64,000 nt of DNA from Utricularia gibba. Its lineage: Eukaryota > Plantae > Magnoliophyta. This document shows positions 24,696-36,659 of this stretch, piece by piece. The translations under genes and the position numbers were made by a program. The notes beneath the pieces are model-generated. The model was not told the DNA's origin and made no database searches. It worked only from the letters and a program-made list of their open reading frames with translations. The stretch spans positions 2,604,001 through 2,668,000 of the forward strand of contig NEEC01000007.1 in NCBI GenBank assembly GCA_002189035.1. Direction: 5' to 3'. Every line of letters starts with the position of its first letter. The first letter of the stretch is position 1.

Positions 24696-27600
24696 GTATG
24701 CACTGCACCCATTTACAAAAAGTTTTAAGGTTTAGACCGTTCGCATTCTGAAGCCCAATGGCCCAATGGAACGCGAGCCCGTTTTCGTGGAAGCCCAGGG
24801 GAATTTTAAAGAGAAAATCACCAAATTGACCCCAATTGTTGGAAAGTGATTATATTTAATGCATGTTCTATACATCTTATTATCAAATAAACTCTAATTT
24901 TACTTTAAAAAAAAGAAAAGTAATTTGTTTACAGAACAATATTTCATCTCCCTTCTATTTTTACTTTCCAATCTTCTTTTTCTTCTCTTTATTTCTTTAA
25001 GAAATAAGAAGTAATATTTCCCTTCTTTTTAATAAATTTTCATTTTAGGAGAAATAGAATTTATTATAAGAAATCATGCAAAACAAGTCCTTAGTCTCTT
25101 TTTTAATGTGGATCTAATTGAATTTTTTTTCTTTTATTCTTGCGTAGACTTTAATTGAATTGACCGATCGACTCATATGTGTTCTATAACTACAATTCCT
25201 ATTGTAGTTATAATTGTCCCCCAAATTATCGAACTATAATCAAAGAATATCAAATGTCGAGCGGCCAGTCTCCATGCGGTGCGGCTTTGAATTTATGGCT
25301 AATTTTAGTTCCCCATATGTTTTCGTAGAAATATTCACATTTTTTGTAATGAGAATAATCATCATACCCTGCCTTGTTACACCTGGCTTTAAATAGAAAA
25401 GGATATTAAAAAATGATAGAAAAATCCATTAATTACAAATTCCATATAAAAAATGGAATACTTGCATGCTAGTGTCCATTATTTATCTAAATTATACAAC
25501 TATTCTTTAAAATATTATTATTCATGTTTATTGTTTTAATTTCAATAAAAATTTTAAAATTAATAAATTTGGCTGTCATAATCAAATTTCGGGACGTGGG
25601 TCCCATTGGACTATCGCCGCTCCACGGTCCCCACTGTCATCACCATGGTCCCACTTGTTACATGCCCGTTGCCCTACCGCAATGTTGCTTTCGTCATGCA
25701 GTAGTCATTAGTGAAATTTGAGATGAAAATTAGGATTAGATTATGAGCACCATTTTTGGCATTTTTTGAAAATAGTGAAGAATGCAGGCAGCATTGAATA
25801 AATTTAATTTGAAGTCAAATAGTAAAATATTATAATAAATATATACAGTTTTCAAATAATAGTTTTCGATTATGTGCAAATTACAATACAATGAAGACCA
25901 ATTATGCTAGTCGGAATTAAATATTATCATTATTTCAAATAATATTATGCCAACTGGGATTAAAATGCTATTTTAAAAAATAATAAAGATTAAACTTGCT
26001 GTTTTTATAAACATTATTGATTTTTTTATCTAAAAATCCCATTAAAAAACCATACAAAAACCACCGTCCACACAACAATTGTCAACCAATGGGATCCCAT
26101 CCCAAGGAGGGAACAGTGGGGACACGGGAGGACGGGGATGGGACACCGATGCCTCACATGGGGAATAAAAAAATCAGGTATTTCCTTTTCTAAATAAATA
26201 ATATTAAACATTTTTAAAATATATTTTTTTGTTGGCTATCACATCGGACTGCCATTTTATATGTTTTATGTTTTTAATATATTTGGGATAAATAATTATT
26301 CTACTCCCATGAACAGACTTTTGATAGTGTGAGACATTAATGTAAAAAGTAAGAAACCAAGATTTTTGATAAGAAAAACAAAAATAAAAAATAATTTTAA
26401 TTATAGGTTATTTATGGATAATAGTTTTATGATTACATACTGTTAAGCCTGAAAATCGGCACTGAGGTCAAAACCAATTTTTGGGTTATGAAGTTCGTCA
26501 GAGATGTCGGACCCGGGGGTATGGGTTTTATGCTTTGTTTGGTACGTTTTATGAGAATAAATAGGGATTAAAATTTTTTACGTGTAAACCGTTGGAGAAC
26601 AGAAAAATCATGGAACCCAAAATTTTAATAATTTTAATATTTTTGTCAATTTTAATGTAGAAAAATAGGTATCTAAAATTTTTTTGTCAATTTTAATATT
26701 TTTAATTAATAATTTTAATAATTATTAATTAATTAATTAATTAATTAATCAAAATCCTAACTCATTCACTTGATTATCTAATATTTTTGTATTTTTAATC
26801 TCGACGTTTATCAATCATCGATTGAAATTGTTGTCCACTATTCAAAGTCCGACGGCCACTGTATTGTTTTAATTTTGATTTTTTTTTGTGAATGATGCAT
26901 TTTTAATTTAGGATTTATATTCGTAGATTTTTGAATTTAGTATATGTAAATTATTAATTTTAACTCTATTCATTTATTATTTGATTAAGATAATAGAAAT
27001 ATCTTCTGATTCTTGTAATAATGACATAAATAGTATATGAAAATTTGTTTCCAAAACTTTAATTGGATTTATCTTACTAAAAAATATACATATTAATTGC
27101 AATATGTTTCATTTAAATTTTTATTTAAAAATTAATTTATTTTTAATATTTTTAAAATTATTTAATATAATTAAAATTACTACGACGTATCCATAATTTC
27201 TAAAATAAAGAGTCGATATACCCGAACTACTCAATCGAAGAATCCATGCAACATACAGTAGATCGCAAATACTTTGAATATAGTTAATACCGACAAAGCA
27301 AATGAAAACGAGACACGACGCATCGCTGTCTTTTGGAGAGCACATGGACAGGTTTTCTTTTCTTTTTTTATTATTAAAAACCACAACTAAAAACTATTTG
27401 GACCATCATAAATCATTCATATTATTGAATTCAACTGATGTTGGGTTGAATCGATTTGTGTCATAATGTATAATGTAACGAGTTTGTTTTGTTAAAATAA
27501 CATTAGATACTTGTTTGCTTCACATAAGGTCATTCTGTAATAAAAAATATAATCTTGAAGAATACCATTTTGTTAAGAAATAGAGTACATTACAGTTGCT

Positions 27601-28097
27601 TTTCAAAAAGAGTTTTTTAAATAATGAAATAGGTTATGATAATGTGTTTATATGTTTATCTTTCTTCTCTTACAATGTAAACCTAAATAAATAAATAATA
27701 CTCGTATCAAACACAAATTAATTTTGTAACATTCAAAACATACTTATATAAATGAAAATTAAAATATGATGAATCTATCCTAAGAGTAGTAAATAGAATG
27801 TTGAAATTAAGAATCCAATGAAATGTATATCTTCTCATAAATCACGAATAATAAATGTATATCATATTGAATAAACATTGTCCATCCACGTGTACTGGTG
27901 AAATGCATGGGTGTTTTTTAGGGTGGTGTTGGTCGGCAAGACACATGTTTGACATCCAGTCCAATATGCCCCAAAAAAGCAGACTGCTTGGTGGGTTTTT
28001 GAAGGAATGTGGGCCCGTGGATTAAAATATTATATATTGAAAAAATATTAACTTTTTGTATGTGTGTTTGTGAAAGAGAAGATAGAATGGTTATTTT

Positions 28098-28511
28098 TTA
28101 AAAAAATGAAATTTTAAATAATAAATTAATGACCAGGCGTGGCAGAATGGTTGTGGTGAAATAATGAATTATTGTTATTATGATAAGATATGAGCAGAAT
28201 GAAGCAGCGTGGTCGCCGGCATCTGCTGCGGCACGACGCAGTGGGGGCGTTGCCCTAGAGGATGGCCGGGGTTCCACCCGGAGGCACGCCGAGAGGGGAG
28301 CCAAGCGTTCGAAGGCGTAGACGCAGGCATAGGCGAGGAGGAGGAGGGAGGCGAAGAGGAGAACCAGCAGCTCTAAGCAAATCTGGCTCAAACGCATCAC
28401 CACTGAAAGGGGATCCCAAATCCGGCGCAGCGATGTCAGGAGCAAGGAAAGGACCAGCTTCAGGGTCTCCCAACGCGCGCCGCCGTGGAGCAATGCCTTC
28501 GCCGGCTCCAT
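28098..28511 (-). CDS. Unknown small hydrophobic protein, family U copy 1 (stop-loss extension)
   Basis: ATG in good context (GCGATGG) after a pyrimidine-rich leader; minus-strand TATAAA at 28598-28603; GC-rich third codon positions; TM-like segment ICLELLVLLFASLLLLAYACVYAF. Confidence 0.6.
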   Translation of the reverse strand: MEPAKALLHGGARWETLKLVLSLLLTSLRRIWDPLSVVMRLSQICLELLVLLFASLLLLAYACVYAFERLAPLSACLRVEPRPSSRATPPLRRAAADAGDHAASFCSYLIIITIIHYFTTTILPRLVINLLFKISFF

Positions 28512-30333
28512 CGCTGCAGCACTCGCCTTGAAGAAGAGAGAAGAAAATGAAGGAGCGTTCCTGATCCCCGAGTTTAAAAAATGGGGTTTCTGAATAGTTT
28601 ATAGGAGAAAAGCAATAGTTTAAAAAAATGGGGTTGGTTGTATTGTCTTGGAGGATAGCACCGGGCGCCCAACACATCTCCTGCATGTGAATAATCAAAC
28701 GTGTGTTTTGAGCAGTGTCGGTCCGGAAGCTCGCTAAAAATCGATCGTAATGATCTATAAAAATACGGGACCAATGCAACCGGCTATGAATATGTTTCCA
28801 AACAAATTAGTACTATTAGAATTTACAATCGCAGGTTGAAAAATAAAATTAGAATAGTCAATTATATAAAAAACTAAAAATCACAATTAATTAATTTGAT
28901 GTATCTTTTTCATTGTGATTCATGTTTCTTATATATTTGAATTTCACGTATACGTTCGTTTAACCCATCATATCTTAAATTTCAACATGATATCGGAGCG
29001 TTTGCCTCACGGCATGATTTAGGTGACCAAGATGGGTTTCGTTCAAAACAAATCTTAACCGGATCAAATACTAATTTGACTTGAGAACAGTTATTAGAAT
29101 ACACAATACCAAATCAGAAAATAAAAGTAATATAATAAAATATATGAAAAATTACATATCACAATTAATTGTTTGAACATAATTTTTTTTATTGTGATTC
29201 ACGTTTATTATATATTTTGACTTTACGTATGCGTTCGCATAACTCATCTGATCCTGAATTTCAATACATACACCCCAGATAGGCAGTTGTCGTCATTGCG
29301 GTTTCATTTGGGGTGACTTTTTTGGCATTGGTATTGGCTCCGCCGGGATCAAACATTCGGAATGCCGGCCGCCGGCGAACAAAGCAGATGCTCGTGCTCG
29401 CTCCTTTTCTGCGTAGTGAGTTCCCCTAAAACGCCTTATGACGTGGAAGCAATCAGTGGGAGGAGGGGTTGGTGGATCACTCGTCAGGCAAAGCTGGCCA
29501 AACAGTAAATTACTATTAAATTATGTTTAAATCCACAATCAATCATTATCTTCCAACCCACTCCCTAACTAATCGCAAGAGAACAAAAAGTTTTTTTTTT
29601 TTTTTCATTAGGCATTCCATTTTATCCCAAATTTCATCATTGACCCACCCAATGCCGTTCTGTTTGTCGGGTGCCCGTCGTGACGATCAAAAAAGAAATT
29701 TGGAATAAAATTTAGGTTTCATTATACGGACCAATTTTATTGTTTTTCAAAACAATGAAAATATATGACGTCAATTTAATTTGGAAACCAAACTCGTCAT
29801 ATATCAAAACAATGGAAATATATTTAGAAAAATACATTTTATTTCCAAATATGGAAAACCTTGGTGGTTAGATGCAGGGAAATCAATTATGTTAATTTAT
29901 ATAATTTGTACAGTAATTATCATTAATTGAGTATCGTTAATAGTTACAATAATCTCCAGTAGTAAACTATGTAAAGGTTGTTTGATAGTATGGTTAAGTA
30001 CAACGTAACTGAGTATATATACTCAATTGTATATAATATTTGATATCCGAAAATAGAAATCTTAATATATGATTAGTATAAATATAATTAGGTCACCCAC
30101 TCGAATGGTGCATACCACCTACATTATAAAAAAATGAATATATGAATTATATAGTTATACAAAGTTAAAATACATATATTAGTTAATCAAATAACAGTTT
30201 ATGTGTAAACTTCTATACTATACTATCAGTCATTCCCATAATCTAATAGATGTTGTTAGAAAATTGTTTACAGGTGAAAAGTAACCCTGTTTGCAAACTC
30301 ATTTTGGTTATATTGCAACACTATCATCGTTGA

Positions 30334-31452
30334 GAATATAGTTAATGAGAAGGGGTAGCAGAATCATTCCTAATTGATTCTCCAAAACAACATACAATAA
30401 TAATGCATTATTATAATGATAAGATAATGCATTGATATCAGCAGGGTGAGGCGTGTTCACCGGCATCCGCTGCCCTCCAACGCACATGCCACACCGGGAA
30501 CACGCAGTGCGGCGTTGCCCTACAGGATCGCGGGGGCTTCCGCCCGGAGGCACGCCGAGAGAGGAGCCAGGCGTTCGAAGGCGTAGACGCAGGCATCGGC
30601 CAGGAGGAGGAGGGAGGCCAAGAGGAGAACCAGCAGCTCTAAGAAAATCTGGCTCAAACACATCACCACTGAAAGGGGGGCCCAAATCCCGCGCAGCGAC
30701 GTGAGGACCAAGGAAGGGACCAGCTTCAGCGTCTCCCAACGCGCGCCGCCGTCGAGCACCGCCTTCGCCGGCTCCTCCTGGGTCGTCTTCACGGGGGAGG
30801 ACTCCATTGCTGCACTCGCCTTGAAGAAGAGAGAAGAAAATGGAGGGTGCCTGATCCCCGAGCTTTAAAAAATGGGGTTTCTGAACAGTAAAAGAAAAGC
30901 AATAGTTTAAAAAAAGGGGGGGGGGGGTTCTTATTGTCCAGAAGGACCAGCGCCGCACCCCAGCACCTTCCCACAAAATGGATAACCAGCATGTGTGTGT
31001 TGAGGTGCGTCGGTCGGATTAAACCCGACGGATCGGGTCTGGGTTCCCAAGAACCCATGTACCACCGTATTACATCAGAATTGCTTTTGTTCCGAGATGG
31101 GTTTTGCATTGCAGGTGCAGTACACATATTTTATATGTACGTCGCGCTGTACCCTACGAGCATTGAATACAACTTGTCGTCATTGTGTTAGAGTCTGGTG
31201 GTTTCATGTGGCGACTTCATATTTGGCAGAGGCAATGGATCCGCCGAGATCACACATTTGGAATACCTCCTGCCGGCCAACAAAACAGATGCCTGTGCTC
31301 GCTCCTTGTTTGTGTAGTGAGTAAATTAATGTTTGGTTTGATTAGGGTTGGCTGCACCCAAGAACTATTTTTGAATCCACCATTAATGATCACCATTCCA
31401 ACCCTACTCCCTAATTAATGGGAAGAGGACAAAGAGTTTATTTTTGTTAGGC
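30334..31452 (+). repeat. Duplication block U copy 2; near-identical to 34914-36078, more distant from 28150-29620
   Basis: Long identical stretches with copy 3; lacks a ~50-bp segment whose homologue is present in copies 1 and 3. Confidence 0.92.
30438..30807 (-). CDS. Unknown small hydrophobic protein, family U copy 2 (+1 frameshift in G run 30532-30536)
   Basis: Near-identical to copy 3; 370 nt from ATG to the stop shared with copy 3. Confidence 0.55.
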
Positions 31453-31710
31453 TGGATGGAGAAAGGAAGGGTAATTATGTTAAAACGGAAGAACAAAAAT
31501 GAGAAAAATATCAAAACTTTATACGCATTGTCGTATGTCTCGATTTGAGATTACTTGTTCTAATATCCGTCCCAAATCGAACTTACATTTGATTCAATTA
31601 ATACTTGTTTTTTTTTTTTACAAATTGTAGATAATGATCCGTGTATAAATCGATTTAATTTTTATCGTTTAAAATCAATATATTTCTTTGTTTTTTTAAC
31701 CGAATCTCAG

Positions 31711-33628
31711 ATCATTACCCCATGTACAAATGCAACTTAAATCTTGGATGCATTCTGTGGCACAATTGAAAAGTTAATTTCATCTAGTCTAAACAAAATA
31801 TATTTTAGTGTTATTTTTCATCATTCATCATAATTAATTTAGAATAAAAAGATCAAATAAAGAAACTTTATCGATAATAAGTGTAAAAAACAATTTAGAT
31901 ATCAAATTTTAGTATCCATATAAGATGTGATATTTGTTGGAAAAGAGAGCTGAAGACTTTCATGTCTAACAAAACAAAGCTAAGCTTCTATGAGTGTGAA
32001 GTATCATTGAGATTGATGATGAATAACACAAGCAAAAAATTAATTGAAAGGGGGGGGGGGGGGGGGGGGTAAAAGTGCAAGCTGAATGAAGATCACTTGA
32101 TGAGTGTGATCATCAAGTGAGGGTGGATTAGGTAATGGTCTCAAATGAGCAAAAGATGTAGAATGATAACATGAATTATCCACATTTGATAATTAAAATA
32201 AACAGGCAATTCTTGAATGTTGTATTATCAATTGAATTATGTTGAATTGATATCATTAGTATGAAAGTGATCTTGCATATGAGTCTCAAAGAGGTGTTTG
32301 AATTGTACTTCTCGAATACTTATAACTTATTATGTTTGTGTGCAAACCAAAGAGACTAATAGAAGGCTTATTTGTGTTTATTGAAATTATTTTGAATAAT
32401 TCTTTATCTTTAAAATATGAATTTCTGCCCCGGAAAGTACTTTGAATAGTATCCTCTGGGTACCTGTGCCTTCCAAATCTTGTAATCAAACCTATCAACT
32501 TCGAGAAACTATGGAATTCCATCAACTTTGGAATTTACTGTTTTGCCCCAAACATTGGTGACGGTGAGTAAGACACTTGCCGGGTGCGGGCTTTTTCTCC
32601 TTTTTGGCTTCATTTCTTTTCCTTCCTTTTTTTTTTTGGAAGTATCAGCAACTGCTACAATCCGGATTTCCGCGATTTCCAGTCTCTTGGATCGGCTATG
32701 GCAGCTTCTGTGTATTTAGTTGGTTCTGAACACAAAAGATTGCAGCTCCAGGTTGGTTTGAATTCAGTATTTAATTGATTTTTTGTAGGAATCTATGCAA
32801 ACGAGTGATTTAGAAATCTGGAGAGCATTATGCAGTATTTGTTAAGATGCGCTTTTTTCGTTCCAGTGAACCGATTCCCGAACCAGGATTCTGTTTTGGC
32901 TACATGGGTACTTCTTATTGAGCTGTGGTGTCACTAATTAGACTGTGCTTACCTGCGCCATGTCTAAATTGGCCTTGAGATTCCATGAGAATTGGATTTC
33001 ATGTTGCAGAAATGGTTGAGTCCATGAAAGTGGTGGCTCATATGGAATTGACAGTAGAAGAGAGGAACTTCCTTTGAGTAGGCTAGAAGAACGTACTTGG
33101 CTCTAGACGATATTCTTGGAGAATATAGAACACACAGAGGAATCAAGAGGAAATGAAGAAAATGTTCCAACAGATCAAGGAGTAACGCCACATTATTGAA
33201 GCAGAGTTTGCAGTGAAATAATGGAAGTCATTGATGGACATCTGATCCCTGCTTGCACTACTGCTGAATCCACTGTATTTTACTACAAGATGTGAGAATC
33301 CTTCACCAACTTCACATCTGACTATGAAGCGGCAGCTCTTGAATGGGTACCTTACTATTCAGGAAAGAGGATTACTATAGTTACCTTGCTGAATTTAAAA
33401 CCCTTAATGACAGGAAGGATATCACATGCAGCATACGGGGTATGCACTGCACCCATTTACAGAAAGTTTGAAGGTTTAGACCGTTCGCATTCTGAAGCCT
33501 CTCAGAATTGGTTTTGTCATTTGTGGTTGGTGATACACCGCCCGAAAGCAGATCCGGTTGGGTGGGTGACGTAGACCCAATGGCCCAATGGAACGCGAGC
33601 CTGTTTTCATGGAAGCCCAAGGGGAATT
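31711..33628 (+). repeat. Segmental duplication block X, copy B
   Basis: Colinear with 22608-24805. Confidence 0.9.
32698..33439 (+). pseudogene. 14-3-3 (epsilon group) pseudogene B
   Basis: Exon 1 mostly deleted. Exon 2 (33010-33291) [36 protein letters not shown]...[25 protein letters not shown]| with several stops. Exon 3 KEDYYSYLAEFKTLNDRKD. Confidence 0.9.
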
Positions 33629-33642
33629 ATAAAACTATCAAG

Positions 33643-33960
33643 TAGGACTGCAAACGAGTTGAGCTGAGCCGAGTTTTCTGGAAAATTTCGACCTCGACCC
33701 CGAGCTCGAGCTCATCGAGCCTAGGAAAACTTGGCTCGAGCTTGGGCTCGATTTGACCCCAAAAAGATGCCTTTAGCTCTAAAAACGTGCTTTCGAGCCC
33801 AAAAATGTGCCTTCTCGATCCTCAAGCCTTGGAATACTAAGCTCGAGTTCGGCTCGACAGCTGGCTCGAGCCGAAGCTTGATATTGGCCCAGCTCCAACT
33901 CGATCAAGCCGAGTTGTAGTCGAGTCAAGTTCAAGCCGGCTCGACTCGTTTACACCTTTA
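33643..33960. mobile_element. hAT-type MITE (318 bp)
   Basis: Perfect 8-bp TSD CTATCAAG (33635-33642 and 33961-33968); imperfect TIRs TAGGACTGCAAACGAG / CTCGTTTACACCTTTA; internal GAGCTCGAGC/CTCGAG sub-repeats. Confidence 0.85.
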
Positions 33961-34913
33961 CTATCAAGTAATATTTGATTGATAGGCATGAGATAAATTT
34001 AATTTATTTGGATTTAAATAAAATTGATATAGTACTATTAATTTTCTAAACAATATTTAATTATTAGTATTACAAATAGGATTAAATGATTTAAGTAAAG
34101 TAACTGAGTATATGATTTTAAATAAGTTTATGATTCATATATTTCATATACTATAATTTATAATTCTATTTTTAAATTCATATAATCTTATCAATCAAAC
34201 ACACACTCGATGACAAACCGCAATGGCCTTGCATTTCTGGGTAATTCTCCTATCATCACATATACTCCTTGTGTGGATATCGGAGTTGCTATGACTTTCA
34301 ATTTGTTTAGTGTGCGCTTCAAGTAGAAGTAGTTTCATGTTTGTTCATTCTCTTATTTTATTTATGATTTCTTTGTATAAATATAAGACTTGCCTTTCTT
34401 TTTTTGTGAGAAAAAAAAAGCTTATTTCACCTCTATTTCTTGATGATTTCCTCCAATAATTGTCCACTCGACGGTTTCAATAATTGCACATGGTGCAATG
34501 AGCATGGAGGGTCGCATATAGTCATCATCATCAAATTTCCAATCAATTCAAGATCAATGGGATTTAGATGAAAACGATTTCAAAGAACAAGAATATGGAA
34601 AAAAAATGTTGCGAATTTGTTCAAAAGAAGTCAATAGGAATAATCCACTGCAAGTGAGTAGCTCAAACAATCCGACTATTTGCTTGGTAAATGATCTATT
34701 AACAATCAGAAATTATTTTAATTAGAGACCTCAAGTGATATTAGCATTGGGAGTTAAAAAAATTGGGTTTCATCTATGAGAATATTTCAAAACTAGCAAC
34801 TATTGATTCAAATTATGGATTATGGATTCGTAATGATTATATGATCATATCATGTCTATTACATTCTATATGACAATTAAAATGATCCCGACCGACAAAC
34901 TCCAACTGTTATC

Positions 34914-36078
34914 GAATATAGTTAATGAGAAGGGGTAGCAGAATCATTCCTAATTGATTCTCCAAAACAACATACAATAATAATGCATTATTATAATGAT
35001 AAGATAATGCATTGATATCAGCAGGGTGAGGCGTGTTCACCGGCATCCGCTGCCCTCCAACGCACATGCCACACCGGGAACACGCAGTGCGGCGTTGCCC
35101 TACAGGATCGCGGGGCTTCCGCCCGGAGGCACGCCGAGAGAGGAGCCAGGCGTTCGAAGGCGTAGACGCAGGCATCGGCCAGGAGGAGGAGGGAGGCCAA
35201 GAGGAGAACCAGCAGCTCTAAGAAAATCTGGCTCAAGCACATCACCACTGACAGGGGGGCCCAAATCCGGCGCAGCGACGTGAGGACCAAGGAAGGGACC
35301 AGCTTCAGCGTCTCCCAACGCGCGCCGCCGTTGAGCACCGCCTTCGCCGGCTCCTCCTGGGTCGTCTTCACGGGGAGGACTCCATTGCTGCACTCGCCTT
35401 GAAGAAGAGAGAAGAAAATGAAGGAGGGTGCCTGATCCCCGAGCTTTAAAAAATGGGGTTTCTGAACAGTAAAAGAAAAGCAATAGTTTTAAAAAAGGGG
35501 GTTCTTATTGTCCAGAAGGACCAGCGCCGCACCCCAGCACCTTCCCACAAAATGGATAACCAGCATGTGTGTGTTGAGGTGCGTCGGTCGGATTAAACCC
35601 GACGGATCGGGTCTGGGTTCCCAAGAACCCATGTACCACCGTATTACATCAGAATTGCTTTTGTTCCGAGATGGGTTTTGCATTGCAGGTGCAGTACACA
35701 TATTTTATGTGTACGTCGCGCTGGTACCCTACGAGCATTGAATACAACTTGTCGTCATTGTGTTAGAGTCTGGTGGTTTCATGTGGCGATGGCATATTTG
35801 GCAGAGGCAATGGATCCGCCGAGATCACACATTTGGAATACTCCCCGCCGGCCAACAAAGCAGACTCCTGTGCTGGCTCCTTGTTTGTGTAGTGAGTGGA
35901 AGAAAGAAGTGGGTGGGGGGGATCACTTGTTCTGTACAAAGAGTAGAGTAAATTAGTGTTTGGTTTGATTAGGGTATGCTGCACCCAAGAACTATTTTCG
36001 AATCCACCATTAATGGTCACCATCCAACCCCACTCCCTAATTAATGGGAAGAGGACAAAGAGTTCATTTTTGTTAGGC
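34914..36078 (+). repeat. Duplication block U copy 3
   Basis: Near-identical to 30334-31452 at an offset of about 4580. Confidence 0.92.
35018..35385 (-). CDS. Unknown small hydrophobic protein, family U copy 3 (-1 frameshift in G run 35372-35375)
   Basis: 368 nt from ATG to TGA; one extra base restores a 122-aa ORF MESSPVKTTQEEPAK...HASPC*. Confidence 0.55.
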
Positions 36079-36221
36079 ATTCCATTATATTCAACTCAAA
36101 TTGCAGGCTGGGTGCAGAAACGAGGGGGAATTCCATTCGGAGTTAATTTGAAAAATACACACTGTATTTTACTATGTTTAGAAAACTATACACCCTATGT
36201 GTATTTTTTTGTGCTTAGTGT

Positions 36222-36545
36222 TTATGAGAGAAATGGACAGTGGGTACATTTCAAAATGACCCATTCCATTCCAGCAAAAGGCTTGAGCTCTGGATGATGA
36301 TGAAACTGAGGCAGGCAGGCAGCACCCATGGAGACGTGAGCACGATAGCTGAGAGCCATGAGCGGCATCCAAGAAAAGCTCCCCCATATCCCACAACAAC
36401 TGACAAGGAGCTGGAGGCCTCCAGGAGCAGCCAGAGTGTGAGCCCACCAATGGAAGCGAGTGCCTCCGCGCAGGGGCTTCTTTATTCTTCCGGGCAACAG
36501 AAGAGGCTCTTCCAGCGCAATGGCGTTTCAGAGTGGTGGGGCATC
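36222..36545 (-). pseudogene. Possible fourth, strongly diverged relative of family U
   Basis: LEEPLLLPGRIKKPLRGGTRF...LLVSCCGIWGSFSWMPLMALS...GAACLPQF aligns loosely with QEEPAKAVLDGGARW...LVLTSLRGIWAPLSVVMCLS...ADACVYAF; same strand and adjacent. Confidence 0.3.
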
Positions 36546-36659
36546 ACAGCGGTGTGGATGTGGGAGGGAAGGAGACACGGGGCTTTTCCTTCTGCTACGA
36601 TAAAATAAAACTACAGAAACAGCATTAAAAAATAAATAATTTAAGTGCAGTGTACTTGA

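Larger units (their letters stand above)
22608..24805 (+). repeat. Segmental duplication block X, copy A (promoter region plus 14-3-3 fragment)
   Basis: Colinear direct repeat of 31711-33628 with many substitutions and several indels. Confidence 0.9.

Noticed and set aside
25185-25212. Perfect 12-bp hairpin TATAACTACAAT-TCCT-ATTGTAGTTATA
   Set aside because: AT-rich, too short for a miRNA precursor, and not followed by a Helitron CTRR end.
28300-28511. Resemblance of family U to ZIP transporter TM1-TM2 (LTSLRGIWAPL; AFERL...CL) or to LAX (LHGGARW)
   Set aside because: Only a few residues match by eye, the ZIP HxLPD motif is missing and the rest of either protein is absent. Not used as a call.
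28262-28531. Arg/Gly-rich plus-strand ORF (VRRRRRRHRRGGGG), repeated at 30453-30704 and 35026-35283, resembling a protamine-like peptide
   Set aside because: It is the antisense shadow of the Leu/Ser-rich U gene. GC3 bias, ATG context and TATA all favour the minus-strand frame.
34500-34725. Short acidic open stretch (QWDLDENDFKEQE...) suggestive of a Harbinger transposase N-terminus
   Set aside because: No catalytic motifs, TIRs or TSD; the similarity is impressionistic.
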